NCBI RefSeq assembly: GCF_964213995.1
Contig: NC_135808.1
Location: 7,502,001-7,566,000 of the forward strand
From: Mustelus asterias
Taxonomy: Eukaryota
Direction: 5' to 3'
Length of the DNA stretch: 64,000 nucleotides
The translations under genes and the position numbers were made by a program. Shown piece by piece: positions 60,273-64,000 of this stretch (positions within the stretch are counted from its first letter, which is position 1; each line of letters opens with the position of its first letter). The notes below the pieces were generated by a model. That model ran no database searches. It saw only the letters and a list, made by a program, of their open reading frames with translations, and was not told where the DNA came from.

Positions 60273-60813
60273 CCCACGTGTATTCACGCGTCCGCGCTTT
60301 AACCCTGACTTCGATTTCACCCTTACTCTGACCCCGTCTATTAGCTTACTTAACAGCTGGGAAGACCTGTAGAGGTAGCTTCTATATTGTTCAGCTAGCT
60401 TAGTTGCTAGCTAATGGGACACTTCAACTCAGTGCCATGGGTTGAGCAACCTATCCTCATTGGGTGATGATTTTTTTCTTAATTATTTCGCGCGAACTTC
60501 GTGTTTCTATTAATTTTATAAAAGAATGCTCTGGGAATAATTATCTACCCATCACTCCTCGGCATCTCACATTCGCTACTGGAATAACTGTTTGAAAGGC
60601 AGCATTGTTCCAATTGATAACTCGCAAGTTTTCTCTTAAATGAAACTCTCCATCATAATTAAAGCTCCAAAGTAAGGCCATTCGTGACTACAAAGAAGAG
60701 TTCTGAGCTCGCAAAATAAGTGGGTAATTATGTGATAGAAACGAGAGCTGCAATTAAAAACATTTCTAAATTTAAACCCGGGTGATACTATCCATGCATT
60801 TACAGGATCTTCT

Positions 60814-60859
60814 CCCCCCCCCCCCCGCCCCCCCCCTGCCCCCCCCCCCCCCCCCACCC
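60814..60859. repeat. Poly-C/poly-G tract (G-quadruplex-forming on the minus strand)
   Basis: About 45 nt, almost pure C. Confidence 0.85.
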
Positions 60860-61208
60860 GCCTTGTATTGTGACACAAAAAAAGGCAAACTATGTCACGC
60901 TAGACCATTAGCCATCGCACAACTTTATTTTTCGCCTTGTTTATTGCAGTAAATCTATTGCACCGACTTTAGTAGATCGAGCTGGGCCTTGAGTCAACAG
61001 AAAATTAGATTAATCATTTGGCTAGCAATAAGAACATAAGAAGGGGGGGGGATCCTTTCAAATTTACCGGGGTACGGGATTTAGCCTGTCTGTGAAAATA
61101 AGTAGCTGTTGTTATCCTTGCTGTGAGTGTCCCCATAAAATGAGCTTCAGGTTGACGCTTTACATACCGACAGGAAAGGAAGGCGTGCGCCACTGAAACT
61201 TCCTTCGT

Positions 61209-61227
61209 CGGCCCCTAGATGGCGCCG
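61209..61227 (+). promoter_or_regulatory. Candidate CTCF binding site
   Basis: CGGCCCCTAGATGGCGCCG fits the CC(A)CYAGRKGGCGC core, in a CpG-rich non-repeat patch. Confidence 0.6.
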
Positions 61228-61751
61228 GTTGCAACGCCGACGAAAACCACAAGGTCGAATAAAAAGTCCAAGATAGAGCGATTGGATGCATCCATACGAA
61301 GCCTGCAGGAAACGGGATAACGTTAAAGGGAAACGAGGCACTCCTGGCGAGCACCGGGATTTATTTAAACCTGGTAATTTTACTCGCGATGTTAATTAAT
61401 CGCTGCTTTGGTGGCGCCCTTAACACTTCAAAAGAAAATTTGTAATCAAAATTCAGAGATTTGTAAACAGAAAGGAAGTTATAGCTGGGACTTGATTTTT
61501 TAAAACTTCTTTCAAGGGCTTTGAGTATTGCCCATCCCTAATTGCCCTCTAGAGGGTGATAGCCAGTTGCTTTCTTCAAGTTCTGTAGTCAATGTGTTGA
61601 AAATTAAGAGAATCGGATGACTTGACCCAATGATAATAAAGGAATAGCAATTAATTCCAAATCAGGGTATGGACTTGGAGGAAACTTGTTAGTGATCTCG
61701 TTCCCATTCCTCTGCTAACTGCTAGCGGTCGCGGGTTTGGCAGATGCTGCT

Positions 61752-62032
61752 CATCGAATCCTACTGTGCAGAAGTAGGCCACTCTGCCCATCGAGTTTGC
61801 ACCCAGGCCCTATCCCCATAACCCCATGCATTTACCCTGGCTAGTCCCCTGACACGAAGGGGCAATTTAGCATGGCCAATGCACCTAACCCGCCCACCTT
61901 TGGACACTGGGAGGAAATCGGAGCACCCGGAGGAAACACAGGCAAACACGAGGAGAATGCACAAACTCAACACAGACAGTGGCCCAAGCCGGGAATCGAA
62001 CCCGGGTCTCTGGCGTTGTGAGGCAGCGGTGC
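61752..62032 (-). mobile_element. HE1-type V-SINE inserted in a LINE 3' fragment (about 61530-62490)
   Basis: V-domain core; the flanks resemble the reverse complement of the 30830-31310 LINE. Confidence 0.8.
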
Positions 62033-62496
62033 CTGCTGAGGTTGCCCCGGCGAGTTGCTGTAGTGCATCTTACAGACAGTGCACACTGCTCTCTCTCTGT
62101 GCGCTGGTGGTGAAGGGAATGAATGGTTAAGGTGGTGGATGGTCGAGAAAGGACAGAATCACACTTATAACTTGTAGGTATATAACTTTGTGGATTTACT
62201 CGCTGCAGAATTCCCAGCAACGAATCTACCCCTCTAGCCACTGCATTGATATGGCCAGTCCAGTTGAATGTATTTTCAATGACGGTTCCACCAGCAGGTT
62301 GGTGGTTAAGGACATGATGATAGTAATGCCATTGACTATGACGTGGAGCTGGTTAGGCTCTCTTGTTGGAGTAGTTATTGCCTGGCACCTGGCATGAACG
62401 TTACTGGCCATGTGTCAGCCCAAGCCTGTGTGTCGTCCTTGTTTTGCTGCACCTGGTCTCTGACAGCATTATTGGCTGAGGAGTTAAAAATGAAAG

Positions 62497-62850
62497 TGGG
62501 GCGGCACGGTGGCACAGTGGTTGACACTGTTGCCTCACAGCACCAGGAATCCGTTTTCGATTCTGGCCTTGGGTGACTCTCCATGTGGAGTTTGCACATT
62601 CTCCCCGTGTCTGCGTGGGTTTCCTCCAGGTGCTCCGGTTTCCTCCCACCCTCCGAAGATGTGCATGTTAGATGGATTGGCCATGCTAAATTGCCCATCA
62701 TTGTCTCAAGATGGGCAGGTTAAGTGGATTAGCCATGCCAGATGTGTAGGGTTATGTGTTTAGGGCGGAGGAGAGGGCTTGTTAGAGAGTTGGTGCAGAC
62801 TTGCTGGGCCAAATGGCCTCTTCTGCATTATAGCGATTCTATGATTCTGT
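62497..62850 (+). mobile_element. HE1-type V-SINE
   Basis: Full-length head, V-domain core and tail. Confidence 0.9.
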
Positions 62851-63009
62851 GATACCATGAATATTGTGCAGTCAGAAAAAATACCAACTTCAGATATCTT
62901 GAAACAGGGAAGGTCATTGATGGACAACGGAAGCAGGCTGAGCCTAGGGCACTGCCTTGGAAACCTTCGTTTCAAGAAAGCAGCTCACCACGACTTTCTG
63001 AAGGGCAAC

Positions 63010-63770
63010 CTATCCATATCCATTTGCAAATTCCTTATTTCATTATAGCAACCTGCTATCCTACCTACTTTAGTGCCATCTACAGACTGGCTATGGTACC
63101 TACTATCCCTGCACCAAGGTGATTAATATAGATGGTATATGGATGGGGCCTGAGGAACGAACCCTGTGACATCCCACTAGTTGCATCTTCCCAAACAGGT
63201 AAACACCCATTTATCCTGACTCTCTGTTTTCTGTTGGTTAGCCAATTCACTATCCAAGCTAATAAATTACCCCTAACCCATGTGAACTATCCTTGTGCAT
63301 TTAGCTTTTGTGTGGCACTATCTCAAGTGTCTTCTGGAAGTCCAGATCTACAAGATCGCCATTATCCGCCTTGCTTGTTACAACTTCGAATAACTCACGC
63401 AAATTAGTCAAGCATGACTTACCCTTCATAAAACCATGCTGGCTCTGATGGATTGCATTTTGACTTTCTAAATGCCCTGTTCTTATTTTTTGCGAATGGA
63501 TTCTAACAATTTCACAACGATGGAAGTTAAACTAATTGGCAATTACTTTCCTTAATATTAACATTTTTCCAATCCACTAGAACCATTCGTGCAGCCGGAG
63601 AATTTTGGAATATTGTAACCAATGGATCCACTATCTCGAACACCACTTGTCTTAAGACCCTAGAATATAGGCCATCAAGCACTGGGAACTTGCCTGCCTT
63701 CAATCCCAATAGTTTGCTCAGCACCTTTTCCCTAGTGACGATGATGCTTCTAAATTCCTCCCTTTCTACA
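63010..63770 (-). mobile_element. CR1 RT fragment
   Basis: EKVLSKLLGLKAGKFPVLDGLYSRVLRQV..DWK motif. Confidence 0.85.
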
Positions 63771-64000
63771 ACCAGTGCATTTTCTATTACAATTGTGATT
63801 GTGCTCATGTCACCCACTGTGAAAGCTGATATCAGAGGATATCACCAGAATGGCCTTAAATGAACAATCCATTCTTCACTTCAGGTTGAAAATGGTTAAA
63901 GAATAGCTCAGCCTTCTCTGCAGCACTTTTGTGCTTATCCATGCCATCATTCAGGATGGGGTCATCAATGGAGCCTGCAACTCCCATTAGATGTTGAATA

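Noticed and set aside
1-64000. CRISPR arrays, operons or other prokaryotic systems
   Set aside because: Intron-containing vertebrate DNA; no repeat-spacer array is present.

Overview
This is vertebrate genomic DNA, almost certainly from a shark or ray (inferred from the HE1-type V-SINEs and HER1/CR1 LINEs). Most of the window is retroelement debris: CR1, Tx1, Rex1-like, Penelope, Gypsy and at least four SINE types. Two multi-exon host genes can be reconstructed by hand from GT-AG sites and reading phase; the ORF track captures only their V exons. They are divergently transcribed, with ATGs about 18.2 kb apart, and each encodes a single germline VJ-type Ig domain resembling NKp30/NCR3 (77/113 aa identical between the two by manual alignment). 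Gene A (minus strand, 22150->5569, about 190 aa) has a stalk Cys, a Lys in the transmembrane segment and a very short tail, which is the activating-receptor layout. Gene B (plus strand, 40392->54838, 237 aa) has an uncharged TM, three micro-exons and a terminal exon with an ITIM (LHYAKL) and a PD-1-like ITSM-type motif (AEYATI), which is the inhibitory layout. The main finding is therefore a head-to-head paired activating/inhibitory NKp30-like receptor locus in a cartilaginous fish. Exon structures are predictions and need RNA-seq confirmation. Repeat boundaries are approximate and repeat family names come from recognition, not database searches.
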